Shown: positions 1 through 9,276 of the stretch, piece by piece
Position numbering within the stretch: position 1 is the stretch's first letter
Layout of the letters: each line of letters begins with the position of its first letter
DNA from: Candidatus Shapirobacteria bacterium
Lineage (GTDB): Bacteria; Patescibacteriota; Microgenomatia; UBA12405
Reading direction: 5' to 3'
NCBI GenBank assembly: GCA_016188545.1
Contig: JACPHO010000006.1
Span: 693 to 64,692, forward strand
DNA: 64,000 nucleotides
Notes under the pieces: generated by a model
Databases searched by the model: none
Told to the model about the DNA's origin: nothing
The model's input: only the letters and a program-made list of their open reading frames with translations
Program-made: the position numbers and the translations under genes

Positions 1-321
1 AGAAGTTAGAAGTTTTCCATTATAAAGATACATTCCAATCTCTGCTTGCAAACTATCAACTCTCTCCCCATAAGCATTCATCAAATAGCTCATCGACCTT
101 CCACTACTAATGGTAATGTGGAATCTTTTTTTAAGCTTATTTAACTTCTCCAAAAAATCAATCCGGGGCGGATAGCTTTCCAGTACTAGTTGTCCATTTT
201 CAAATAAAAATTCTGTCCCTTTTTGCTTAGTAACCCCATCACCATCAAAACAAATCACTTTAATATTCGCCAAATATTCACTTGTTAGTTGCTCTATTGG
301 CAAATTCAAATTCGTCTGCAT
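1..321 (-). CDS. HAD-superfamily phosphatase, KdsC/YrbI-like (partial, runs off window start)
   Basis: Reverse-strand translation from ATG at 321: MQTNLNLPIEQLTSEYLANIKVICFDGDGVTKQKG... with the HAD DxDG-type motif; the ORF continues past position 1. Confidence 0.5.
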   Translation of the reverse strand, partial: MQTNLNLPIEQLTSEYLANIKVICFDGDGVTKQKGTEFLFENGQLVLESYPPRIDFLEKLNKLKKRFHITISSGRSMSYLMNAYGERVDSLQAEIGMYLYNGKLLTS

Positions 322-330
322 TAACCAATT

Positions 331-705
331 CTACACGTTTACCAACTTTTTCAACACCTCCAGACCCAAATAAGCACATTTTTTCCGGCTTGGAGTCAAT
401 TCTACTCCCATTATTTTTTCAATCTCCGTTCCCGACATTTTTTTTATTTCAGTTAACTTTTTTCCAATTACCATGTCAAGAAGTATATCGGCAGCAGCCA
501 GAGATATCGCACAGCCTCCCCCGGAAAATTTAGCGTCGACTATTTTTCCTTTCTCAACTTTAGCCGTAATCCGCAAACTATCACCACAGCTCATATTCAC
601 TTCACCAGCCTCAATCCCACCTTCAAGTATTCCCTTATGTGTCGGGTATTTGTAATGATCCAAAATTATTTCCTGATATAGATCATCCATTATCTGTCTC
701 CTCAA
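331..705 (-). CDS. sufU: Fe-S cluster assembly scaffold SufU/IscU-like (NifU-like)
   Basis: 124 aa; LYQEIILDHYKYP, CGDSL and GGGCAIS motifs typical of SufU; immediately downstream of sufS in the same operon. The true start may be the internal MDDLYQ. Confidence 0.8.
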   Translation of the reverse strand: MRRQIMDDLYQEIILDHYKYPTHKGILEGGIEAGEVNMSCGDSLRITAKVEKGKIVDAKFSGGGCAISLAAADILLDMVIGKKLTEIKKMSGTEIEKIMGVELTPSRKKCAYLGLEVLKKLVNV

Positions 706-1915
706 AAATTTTCCTTACCTCTATTAGTCCTTCGACAAATGCATCAATATCCTCTTTGGTGCTATAAATACCCAAACTTGCCCTCAGAGTCCCAGATGGC
801 AACCCCATTAGATTATGTAGTGGCATAGCGCAGTGATGTCCAGCTCGGACGCATACGTTAAATTTTGACCCCAAAATTGAGCTCCAGTCGTGGGCAGTTC
901 CCATGTCTTCGTCGTTAAAAACAACTGAAAACACTCCAATCCGGTTATTTTTTTTACCCAAAACCCTTATATTACTGTACTTTTCTAACTTACCAATAGC
1001 ATAGTCAATCAGTTCTTTTTCATGACTAGCCACTGTCTCCATTCCAATTCCCGACAAAAAATCTACAGCAGCACCCAACCCAATTACTTGAGCAATTGGT
1101 GGTGTCCCCGCCTCAAACTTTTCCGGCCCGATCGCCCAACTTGCCCCTTCCTTGTGTACTTCCTTAATCATTCCCCCACCAAAGTTTTCTGGGGACATTT
1201 GTAGTTGGCGAGATGCTTTGGCATACAGCACCCCCACCCCAGTTGGCCCATACATTTTATGAGCCGAAAATGCATAAAAATCAACATTAAGTTCCTGAAT
1301 ATCTACCTTAAAATGTCCCACTGCCTGGGCTCCATCAATCACAATACAAATTTTCGGATTTATTTTTCGGGCTCGCTCAACTATTTCCTCAATTGGATTT
1401 ACAGTTCCCAGCACATTGCTTACCTGGGTCAATGCAATCAGTTTTGTTTTAGGACCAATATAGGTCTCCATGTCTGCCATAACTAGCTGAAAATCCTCCA
1501 CCAACCAATATCTAAGTATTGCCCCTTTACGTTTACACAATTCTTGCCATGGAACCAAGTTTGAATGATGCTCCATCTCACTAATTACCACTTCATCCCC
1601 TTCAAGAATATTATCCTCTCCCCAACCTCTAGACACCAAATTAAGGGAAGCTGTTGTTCCGGAAGTAAAAACAACTTCACTTTCATGCTTAGTATTTATA
1701 AAGGTGGCTACTTTCTTTCGTACGTTTTCGTACTCCATTGTTGCCCTTTCAGACATTGGGTACAGCCCCCTGTGAATATTTGCTGAATACTCGGTGTAAT
1801 ATTCCATAATCTTGTCCAGTACCACTTGTGGTTTTAGAGTTGTCGCTCCACTATCCAAGTAATGTAGATCAGGATTTTTGATTAGTAGTGGAAAAAGTTT
1901 TTTATAATCTGCCAT
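683..1915 (-). CDS. sufS: Cysteine desulfurase SufS (class V aminotransferase)
   Basis: 410 aa; PLP-lysine motif SAHKMYGPTGVGVLY and C-terminal HHCAMPL catalytic Cys region; lies in the suf operon. Confidence 0.9.
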   Translation of the reverse strand: MADYKKLFPLLIKNPDLHYLDSGATTLKPQVVLDKIMEYYTEYSANIHRGLYPMSERATMEYENVRKKVATFINTKHESEVVFTSGTTASLNLVSRGWGEDNILEGDEVVISEMEHHSNLVPWQELCKRKGAILRYWLVEDFQLVMADMETYIGPKTKLIALTQVSNVLGTVNPIEEIVERARKINPKICIVIDGAQAVGHFKVDIQELNVDFYAFSAHKMYGPTGVGVLYAKASRQLQMSPENFGGGMIKEVHKEGASWAIGPEKFEAGTPPIAQVIGLGAAVDFLSGIGMETVASHEKELIDYAIGKLEKYSNIRVLGKKNNRIGVFSVVFNDEDMGTAHDWSSILGSKFNVCVRAGHHCAMPLHNLMGLPSGTLRASLGIYSTKEDIDAFVEGLIEVRKIFEETDNG

Positions 1916-2051
1916 ATTTTATTTTAGTACTATTTTTTATTACGAAACGTTGTTTATATTTTAGTAATTATGAAGTAATAATTTTTTAGTTCGTTGAGCC
2001 CATACTTGGACCTCACTGGAACTAAAAAATTCGTTAACGAATAATTACCAG

Positions 2052-2471
2052 TTAAGATAAAAACGCCTCAATAATCAACTCTTCAGACTCTTTTTTTGAT
2101 AATCCTCGACTCATCAGATAAAATATTTGCTCTTCATCAATTCTCCCTACTGACGCTGCGTGCGAAGCCTTAACCTCATTACATTCAATCTCAAGTTCTG
2201 GGATCGCTTCGGCTCGGGCATTTTCTCCCACAAGTAGTACTTTCTGTCTCAAAAACCCCTCAACCAACTCTGCCCCATTAGCAATAATAATCGTCCCTTT
2301 AAGTTTTAAAAAAGCGTTCTCTCGAACTACAGCCCGAATTTCCACCTCTCCAGTCTGACGTGGTTTGGTATATCTGGATACAGTTGTTAGGTTTACCGTC
2401 TCCCCCGGATTCACCACTAAAATCTTTTTCAGATTCAATCCGTTGTAGTTAATATTTATTACTTTTGTCAT
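2052..2471 (-). CDS. sufD: SufD-like Fe-S assembly protein (short, C-terminal domain only)
   Basis: 139 aa; the C-terminal block (HAASVGRIDEEQIFYLMSRGLSKKESEELIIEAF) parallels the SufB C-terminus ([34 protein letters not shown]); positioned between sufB and sufS. Confidence 0.7.
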   Translation of the reverse strand: MTKVININYNGLNLKKILVVNPGETVNLTTVSRYTKPRQTGEVEIRAVVRENAFLKLKGTIIIANGAELVEGFLRQKVLLVGENARAEAIPELEIECNEVKASHAASVGRIDEEQIFYLMSRGLSKKESEELIIEAFLS

Positions 2472-2513
2472 TATGTTTTTATTTTTTACTTTTGAATTTA
2501 GAATTTGTCGGCA

Positions 2514-3944
2514 TCAGCCGACACTCCCCTCCATTTGCAAATTGATTAATCGGTTTAACTCAAGACTATATTCCATTGGCAATTCTTTGACTATCGGTTC
2601 GATAAAGCCATTAACGATCATTGCCTCAGCTTCATGCTCTTCGAATCCTCGCGACATTAGGTAGAACAATTGCTCTTCCCCTATCTTACTTACAGTTGCT
2701 TCATGCTCTAGGACTACATTATTTTCATCAATTTTATTGACTGGGTACGTGTCGCTACGGCTGGTTTTATCTAAAATTAAGGCGTCGCAAACCACCTTAC
2801 TTCTCGAATTACTGGCCCCCTTGTTCATCCGTATGAGACCACGATAGCTAGCCCGCCCTCCCCGAAGACTAATTGATTTAGAAATAATTCTACTAGTAGT
2901 ATCTGAAGCCAGATGAACACATTTTCCACCAGCATCTTGATGTTGGCCATTTCCAGCTACGGCTACTGACAAAATCTCACCATGAGCTCTTTTACCCACC
3001 AAAAATACTGCCGGGTACTTCATGGTAACTTTGCTTCCCAAGTTACCATCAATCCACTCCATTACTCCATCTTCCTCGACCCTAGCCCTCTTAGTCACCA
3101 AGTTGTACACGTTAGTCGACCAGTTTTGAATAGTGGTATAGCGACACCTGGCATTCTTTTTTACAAAAATTTCCACCACTGCCGAATGTAGCGAGTCTGT
3201 CGTATATATTGGGGCAGTACAGCCTTCAACATAATGGACATAAGCCCCCTCATCGACAATGATCAGTGTCCTTTCAAATTGTCCCATATTTGCCGAATTT
3301 ATCCGAAAATATGCTTGCAGTGGCAGATCAACTTTTACTCCCTTGGGCACATAAATAAATGATCCTCCAGACCAGACCGCACTGTTTAAAGCGGCGAACT
3401 TATTATCAGCACTAGGAATAATTTTTCCAAAATATTCTTTAACCAGTTCCGGATATTTAATAAGTGCCTCATCCATCCCGCAGAAGATTATCCCCATATC
3501 GGACAACCGATTGATCAAGCTTCCATAGACCACTTCCGATTCGTACTGAGCTTTAACACCACCTAAGTATTGCTTTTCTGCCTCAGGGATCCCTAATCTA
3601 TCATAAGTATTTTTAATATCTGCAGGCACATCTTCCCATTTTTTTTCAGTTCTTTCACTGGGTTTGATGTAATAAAAGATATTGTCAAAATCAATTCCCG
3701 ACAAATCAGCTCCAAAATCCGGCATCGGCTTATCCAAGAACAACTTATAAGCATGAAGCCGGTATTCCGCCATCCAAAGTGGCTCCTTTTTCATTGCCGA
3801 TATCATTCGGACTACCTTTTCGTTTAGTCCTCTTTCAGCTTTAAACACATAGTTTTCCGGCATGGAAAAGCCATACTTGTACTCACCAGGAGAATAATTT
3901 GTATCTTCAGGTTTAGTATCTTTAATTGGGGCAAATCTAGTCAT
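2514..3944 (-). CDS. sufB: Fe-S cluster assembly protein SufB
   Basis: 476 aa; conserved SufB core and C-terminal FYLMSRG motif; sits between sufC and sufD. Confidence 0.9.
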   Translation of the reverse strand: MTRFAPIKDTKPEDTNYSPGEYKYGFSMPENYVFKAERGLNEKVVRMISAMKKEPLWMAEYRLHAYKLFLDKPMPDFGADLSGIDFDNIFYYIKPSERTEKKWEDVPADIKNTYDRLGIPEAEKQYLGGVKAQYESEVVYGSLINRLSDMGIIFCGMDEALIKYPELVKEYFGKIIPSADNKFAALNSAVWSGGSFIYVPKGVKVDLPLQAYFRINSANMGQFERTLIIVDEGAYVHYVEGCTAPIYTTDSLHSAVVEIFVKKNARCRYTTIQNWSTNVYNLVTKRARVEEDGVMEWIDGNLGSKVTMKYPAVFLVGKRAHGEILSVAVAGNGQHQDAGGKCVHLASDTTSRIISKSISLRGGRASYRGLIRMNKGASNSRSKVVCDALILDKTSRSDTYPVNKIDENNVVLEHEATVSKIGEEQLFYLMSRGFEEHEAEAMIVNGFIEPIVKELPMEYSLELNRLINLQMEGSVG

Positions 3945-4702
3945 TAATTTTCGTTTTTGTAACCATCTTTTTCAATCTTCACCGCCAGCTCTCCGGTTCC
4001 CGACCGTACAATCAACCCACCTTTAAGCACAATTACTCTATCAGGGATTAAGTATTTCAAAATTCGGTTGTAGTGAGTAATCACCAGGACACCGATTTTT
4101 CTTTGTTTGGCCACCAGGGCTACCGTTTTGGCAATCCGTTTTAAAGCATCCACATCCAACCCCGAATCGATTTCGTCCAAAATTACTTGTTTTGGGTTAA
4201 AAACAATTAACTGAAGAATCTCTAATTTCTTTTTTTCTCCACCAGAAAATCCGTCATTCAATCCTCTTTTAAGTAAATCTGGATTCAATTCCAATAGTTC
4301 TGCTTGCTTCTCAATCCAGGCTCGAAACTCAATTAATTTCATCCCTTTTCCTTCGGGATTACGCTTTTTATAAAGTTGGTACAGAAAGCTGTTTACAGTT
4401 AGGCCACTTATAGCTACCGGATACTGGTTTGCCAGAAAAAGCCCCTCGTTAGCTCTTTCATCTGGACTCATCTCATCCAACACTTTTCCACCTAGTTCTA
4501 TGTTTTTACTTTTTACTTTTGAATTTTTACTTTTGACTATCTCGTATTTTGGATGACCAGCCAAGGCAAAGGCTAGGGTTGATTTTCCCGATCCATTTGG
4601 ACCCATGACAGCGACCACTTCACCAGGTTTTACCTCAAGACCAACTCCTTTTAGAATTTCTTTTCCGCCAACATTTACCCTCAAATTGGTTATTTTCATC
4701 AT
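3944..4702 (-). CDS. sufC: Fe-S cluster assembly ATPase SufC
   Basis: 252 aa; Walker [13 protein letters not shown] signature FSGGEKKK, Walker [12 protein letters not shown]-loop ITHY; carries the insert [11 protein letters not shown] after the Walker A region. Confidence 0.9.
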   Translation of the reverse strand: MMKITNLRVNVGGKEILKGVGLEVKPGEVVAVMGPNGSGKSTLAFALAGHPKYEIVKSKNSKVKSKNIELGGKVLDEMSPDERANEGLFLANQYPVAISGLTVNSFLYQLYKKRNPEGKGMKLIEFRAWIEKQAELLELNPDLLKRGLNDGFSGGEKKKLEILQLIVFNPKQVILDEIDSGLDVDALKRIAKTVALVAKQRKIGVLVITHYNRILKYLIPDRVIVLKGGLIVRSGTGELAVKIEKDGYKNEN

Positions 4703-4772
4703 ACTCCTACTATTTTAGTAGTAGTATGGCCAATTTACAATAGGTAGCTGAAACTGGCTATACTCTATTCTG

Positions 4773-4845
4773 AGCCTGGAAAGGAACTTGAATCCTTGAC
4801 CTTCCCCTTACCAAGGGGATGCTCTACCAACTGAGCTATCCAGGC
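4773..4845 (-). tRNA. tRNA-Thr (anticodon GGT)
   Basis: Reverse complement GCCTGGATAGCTCAGTTGGTAGAGCATCCCCTTGGTAAGGGGAAGGTCAAGGATTCAAGTTCCTTTCCAGGCT folds as a cloverleaf: 7-bp acceptor GCCTGGA/TCCAGGC, anticodon loop TTGGTAA, T-loop TTCAAGT. CCA is not encoded. Confidence 0.85.
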
Positions 4846-4934
4846 GACTCGCTATTGTAACAAAAATTTTACCACTTACTAACCAGAAGATAGGTTCTTT
4901 TGCTATAATTCCTCATCTTAATTAGTAATTATTA

Positions 4935-5019
4935 ATTAATTTCCGGAGAGTGGGCAGGACGGTAATGCGCTAGTCTTGAAAACTAGTGGGAGCAATCCCT
5001 AACAGGTTCGACCCCTGTA
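4935..5019 (+). tRNA. tRNA-Ser (anticodon TGA), long variable arm
   Basis: GGAGAGTGGGCAGGACGGTAATGCGCTAGTCTTGAAAACTAG + long variable arm TGGGAGCAATCCCTAAC + T-arm AGGTTCGACCCCTGT + ACTCTCC G CCA. Acceptor GGAGAGT/ACTCTCC; anticodon loop CTTGAAA; CCA encoded. Confidence 0.85.
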
Positions 5020-5042
5020 CTCTCCGCCAGTTGGGAAAAGCG

Positions 5043-5064
5043 GGCGAATTCAGCAAAATTCGCC
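5043..5064 (+). terminator. Hairpin GGCGAATT-CAGCAA-AATTCGCC directly after tRNA-Ser
   Basis: Perfect 8-bp stem seen in sequence; no strong U-tract follows, so terminator function is uncertain. Confidence 0.3.
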
Positions 5065-5166
5065 AGCCGATATTGCCCTGAAATCCGAAATTTTTATCTT
5101 TTAAAACGAAGTTCAAGCCGATATTTTTTAAGAAACTCCTAAATTCATAAGGATTGTTTTTCCCTA

Positions 5167-6189
5167 TTAATACTCCCTAAGTACCTGCAATATCTTTTCA
5201 GATAAGAAGGCAAACTCTTCTTTTGATTTCTCAATATTCTCTTTAGTTCCAACTTGAATCTCTTCGATTAAACTTGGATCTAGGTCAAAAATAGCAACAC
5301 CAATTTCCTGACATTTAGCCGGTATTCGGCCATAATCTTGAATTACTGCCAGTGGATTTTTCCAACTTTTTTCAACCAAACCATTACGACCATGTTTTTC
5401 TGATAGATACTTCTTAACTTTATTTGGAATTTCTTCAATCCAATGACGATGGTCTTTAATGGGTTTCTTGGCATAGACATTGTATGCATTAACAATATAG
5501 CCAATGAATAGCCCATCACCTGATAATACGAATTTACTCTCAGTACTACCTGACAAAGCCTTACCGGTAACTTTCCAATTTTGTTTCCATTTCTCGAACA
5601 TACTACCCAAGTTTTCAATACCTTGAACCGAAAAAGCGTCAGGCATCATTGGGACAACAAAATAATCTGATCCAAGAAAAATAATTTGATTTAGCAAACT
5701 GAGACTAGGAGAACTGTCAATAATAAAAATATCAACTTCATCGTTTAACCCTTTTTCCCGCAAAAATCTATCAATGGCACTAGTTTGGAAATAGCCTAAT
5801 TGTTGGCCGGCAGCCGCTTGTCCGTAAGCAGTAACTAATATATTTTCATATTGAGATAAGTTGACACTACCTTTTAATAAATACAAATTCTCAACATTGT
5901 TACTTTTAATGAAAGGTACAGTTAAGTCAATATCAGCACCACCTTGGACTATGCCTTTTAAAACATCTGAAATATCTTTGTAGGTTGAAGAGAATAATGT
6001 GTCGGTGTAGTTGTTGTCCCCCAAAACTAAACGCGACAAATTGCATTGAGGATCAAGGTCAACTAAGACAACTTTATACCCCTGCTTGGCTAAAAATACG
6101 CCAACATTATAAGATAACGTAGTTTTACCAACACCACCTTTATTATTTGCAAAAAGGAGTTTTTTGGTACGAGGAAAAATCATGCTCAA
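5167..6189 (-). CDS. ParA/MinD-family P-loop ATPase (orphan, extended C-terminus)
   Basis: 340 aa; deviant Walker A KGGVGKTT near the N-terminus and VVLVDLDPQ; no parB partner is nearby. Confidence 0.7.
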   Translation of the reverse strand: MSMIFPRTKKLLFANNKGGVGKTTLSYNVGVFLAKQGYKVVLVDLDPQCNLSRLVLGDNNYTDTLFSSTYKDISDVLKGIVQGGADIDLTVPFIKSNNVENLYLLKGSVNLSQYENILVTAYGQAAAGQQLGYFQTSAIDRFLREKGLNDEVDIFIIDSSPSLSLLNQIIFLGSDYFVVPMMPDAFSVQGIENLGSMFEKWKQNWKVTGKALSGSTESKFVLSGDGLFIGYIVNAYNVYAKKPIKDHRHWIEEIPNKVKKYLSEKHGRNGLVEKSWKNPLAVIQDYGRIPAKCQEIGVAIFDLDPSLIEEIQVGTKENIEKSKEEFAFLSEKILQVLREY

Positions 6190-6819
6190 ATTAGTTTATC
6201 ATAGAGGTAGCTATTCTTTTATCGGCTTTTAGTGTTCTACTTTCTGCAAAAAGCTTGAAAGATATTTTTCTTTTAACGATCAAAGATACGAGCCCACCTT
6301 TGTATTACTTTTTGCTTCATTTTTGGTTGTTTATTTTATTTCTGCTCTTTGGGTATCAATATTTCACGAGAGATATTTAATACCAATTTTACCGATTTTT
6401 ATTATTTGGATAGTTTATTCTTTATTTAAATTGTCCAACTTAAATAAAACCATTATCATATGTCATTTTTGCTATCAGTATTTCTTATGTTATCTTTCTG
6501 GTTCGAGGTTCTGAAGAAATAGTTAAAAAGACAACTAAACCTGCTATTAATTATGGTGTTTCTCAAGTTCTTTCTCAAATTGGTAGTGACGATGTAATAA
6601 TTCCAGAATCGGAACTTAATTTTTTGGAAATTAAATATTACGTAAAAAAACAGAGGCCAGATATACCTGTATATGTCTATTTACCTAATAGAAATCCCGT
6701 ATTCTATATTGGTTCGGTTTTATTTGAAGAAAGTGAAATTATTGATAAATATCCAGAAAATAAAAAGATTTGGATTATTACAAAAGATGGAAAGGTTCCA
6801 AGCCTCACAACACCGCCAA

Positions 6820-7083
6820 TCAGTCTCTCCCCACCCTTCGCGGTGGATGCAAAACGTGGTCAAAAATCATAAAGTGACCCGTCGACTCTTTAACTTCATG
6901 CAAAAAACCGTCCCCCGCTGCTTCCTGAACATCCAAAAAGTGACCTCTATGTCTTGGAATATCCCAAATAGCAGCTTTGGCAGCAGCCACCCCTTCTTCA
7001 CTCGTCACCGCCAATCGAGTCCCTCCACAAGTTAGACAAAGAATCACTCTTAACCCAGACTTATTTTCCATTTTATTTACCAA
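6820..7083 (-). CDS. Hypothetical small protein (GC-rich relative to flanks)
   Basis: 87-aa ORF (RVILCLTCGGTRLAV...) in a locally GC-enriched patch; no family recognised. Confidence 0.3.
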   Translation of the reverse strand: MVNKMENKSGLRVILCLTCGGTRLAVTSEEGVAAAKAAIWDIPRHRGHFLDVQEAAGDGFLHEVKESTGHFMIFDHVLHPPRRVGRD

Positions 7084-7411
7084 TCATTCTACCCACAGCC
7101 ATTGACAACAAACTCATTACTAATGTCGCTATTAAGGTTGTTTTAAAAGAGTCACTACCTACCCCCGGTACGACCTTCATCGCCAGTTGCAACACAATCG
7201 CGTTAATAACAAAGGTAAATAGTCCTAAAGTAAGGATGTTAATAGGTAACGTCAATAAGAATAATATCGGCTTTACCAACACGTTCAGTAAACTCAACAC
7301 CAACACTAGTACCAGAGCCCCCGTGAATCCAGAGACCATAAAACCAGGAACTAGATATGCGGTAGCCAATATAACCATCGCCCGAAGTACCCAGCTAATT
7401 AGATTATCCAT
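7073..7411 (-). CDS. Small 4-TM membrane protein, DUF360/phage-holin-4-like
   Basis: 112 aa, almost entirely hydrophobic helices (LVLVLVLSLLNVLVKPILFLLTLPINILTLGLFTFVINAIV). Confidence 0.5.
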   Translation of the reverse strand: MDNLISWVLRAMVILATAYLVPGFMVSGFTGALVLVLVLSLLNVLVKPILFLLTLPINILTLGLFTFVINAIVLQLAMKVVPGVGSDSFKTTLIATLVMSLLSMAVGRMIGK

Positions 7412-7450
7412 ATCCTATTATAATACATACGCTTTCTGCTAATCTTAATC

Positions 7451-8905
7451 GTGGACAGTATCAACACCTCAATCAAAAGTCACACCGGACTCATCATTAT
7501 AATAGCTATCGCTGTTAGCTTTGTCTTCCCTGGGTTTGGCTCCCAACTAAAACCTTATCTCAACTCATTTTTAATTGCCATGATGTTCCTTAGCTGTCTT
7601 GACCTTAAGATATCCGAAATCGTTCATAGCCTAAGTGATTTCAAAAACATTTCTTTAATGCTCGTCATTGTTCACATGGTATCCCCCTTAATAATATTTT
7701 TACTTCAAGGCTACTTCTCCCCACCTGTATTTCTCGGGTTGATTATTTCTGCCACGATTCCTGCCGGCCGTAGCGCCGTCTTTTTATCACACATCTATGG
7801 TGGAGTTCCCATTAAAGCCCTAGTGTCTACCTCGGTCAGTAATTTTCTCAGCCCAATTACTGTTCCACTTTTTGTTTGGGTCTTTGCCCATACCGTCATC
7901 AAAATGGATCTTTTCGATATGAGTCGGACAATAGTTTATCTTGTAGCAATCCCTCTAATACTGGCGGTACTATTCGGTAAAACAAAGTATGGCCATAAAC
8001 TAAATGAATACTCACCCAGTATTTCGATAGTCATTTTATTCTTCATCATCTTGGGAATTATTTCGCCACTAAAAAATGTCGTCGTCGAAAATCTTCAACT
8101 ATCACTAATTCTGGGAGTCGTAATTTCTGTTCTGATCGTCGTCGACTTTTGCCTCGGCTACTTTTTAGGCAAAAATCACCCCGAGAAAGTTACCTACGCT
8201 ATCAGTAGTAGTTACAAAAACTACACCTTAGGAACACTTTTAGCCTTGACTGTTTTCACTCCTCTAGTCGCCCTACCATCAGTTATTTATACAGTCGTGT
8301 CTAATCTACTTTTGATTCCACTCCAAATGTTTCTTGCACCAAAAACTAAACCCAAGCCACACCACCATCACAAACGTCACAATGTTTTTCTCTTGGTGTC
8401 AGGGGTGTTTTTCGCCATAGTCCTCGCCTATAGTCCACTTCTCAACACTCTTCTTGAATACTTTTCCCCACACCCCCTCATTACTGCCTTCATTGCTGGT
8501 GTGCTGTTTGCCTCAACTTTTACAGTTGCCACAGGGGGCATACTGCTTATAAAGCTCAGTGAGCATTACTCCCCCCTCCTTCTGATTCTTTCCGCTGGTA
8601 TGGGTGCAGCTTTTTGCGACTATCTAATTTTCTCCCTCGTCAAAGACAAAGCTCCAACTCATGTCGCCCCTGTTTATAAAAACATGTTCAACCATAGTCA
8701 TCTCCATAAGATTCTCCATACCCATTACTTTGCTTGGACTTTACCAGTCATTGGCGCCATTGTTATGGCTTCACCTCTTCCTGATGAAATAGCTGTCAGT
8801 CTTTTGGGGATATCCAAGTTAACTGATACCAAATTTATACTTATAGCCCTAACCTCGCATCTAATCGGTATGGCCATCGTCGTTGCCGGTTCTAGACTAC
8901 TTTGA
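7451..8905 (+). CDS. Polytopic membrane protein; N-terminal bile acid:Na+ symporter (BASS)-like domain plus C-terminal 4-TM domain
   Basis: 484 aa; BASS-like signature ISATIPAGRSAVFLSHIYGGVPIKALVSTSVSNFLSPITVPL; His-rich linker KPKPHHHHKRH; more TM helices follow. Confidence 0.55.
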   Translation: MDSINTSIKSHTGLIIIIAIAVSFVFPGFGSQLKPYLNSFLIAMMFLSCLDLKISEIVHSLSDFKNISLMLVIVHMVSPLIIFLLQGYFSPPVFLGLIISATIPAGRSAVFLSHIYGGVPIKALVSTSVSNFLSPITVPLFVWVFAHTVIKMDLFDMSRTIVYLVAIPLILAVLFGKTKYGHKLNEYSPSISIVILFFIILGIISPLKNVVVENLQLSLILGVVISVLIVVDFCLGYFLGKNHPEKVTYAISSSYKNYTLGTLLALTVFTPLVALPSVIYTVVSNLLLIPLQMFLAPKTKPKPHHHHKRHNVFLLVSGVFFAIVLAYSPLLNTLLEYFSPHPLITAFIAGVLFASTFTVATGGILLIKLSEHYSPLLLILSAGMGAAFCDYLIFSLVKDKAPTHVAPVYKNMFNHSHLHKILHTHYFAWTLPVIGAIVMASPLPDEIAVSLLGISKLTDTKFILIALTSHLIGMAIVVAGSRLL

Positions 8906-8942
8906 CATGGTATTCTTAGTTGTTAATGTTTAATCTCTTCCC

Positions 8943-9260
8943 ATGAATATTCAGATCATTGGTGATAACTTTAACGTCTCTCAAAGCACTAAAGACCTTG
9001 TTGAAGAAAAAGTCGGTAAACGATTAGATAAACTCCTGACTAAGTTTGCCCCGGAAATGAAAATAGTCCTGATGCATATTGAAAAGGATAAATTTGACAA
9101 CCTTCACATCAACTTGGATATGAACCTCCCAGGTAAAGAACACATCTTTGCTAACACCTCACACAAAATTCTTGAGTCAGGACTAATTCACCTCGCTGAA
9201 GAAACAGAAAAACAAATTAAAAAATATAAAGACAAACTCGCTAACTATAGCCTGGGTTAA
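8943..9260 (+). CDS. hpf: Ribosome hibernation promoting factor (HPF/RaiA, short form)
   Basis: 105 aa; MNIQIIGDNFNVSQSTKDLVEEKVGKRLDKL matches the HPF/YfiA N-terminal pattern. Confidence 0.75.
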   Translation: MNIQIIGDNFNVSQSTKDLVEEKVGKRLDKLLTKFAPEMKIVLMHIEKDKFDNLHINLDMNLPGKEHIFANTSHKILESGLIHLAEETEKQIKKYKDKLANYSLG

Positions 9261-9276
9261 CACGATATACTGACTT

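Noticed and set aside
282-655. Plus-strand ORFs 282..533 and 473..655 antisense to sufU
   Set aside because: Low-complexity translations (runs of S/P/L) inside a well-supported SufU gene make these spurious.
4935-5019. tRNA-Sec (selenocysteine) because of the long variable arm
   Set aside because: The anticodon loop CTTGAAA gives anticodon UGA (serine), not UCA. The acceptor and D-arm geometry fit type-2 tRNA-Ser.
5343-5618. 91-aa minus-strand ORF nested inside the ParA-like gene (other frame)
   Set aside because: Fully embedded in a longer, motif-supported ORF, and no independent signal.
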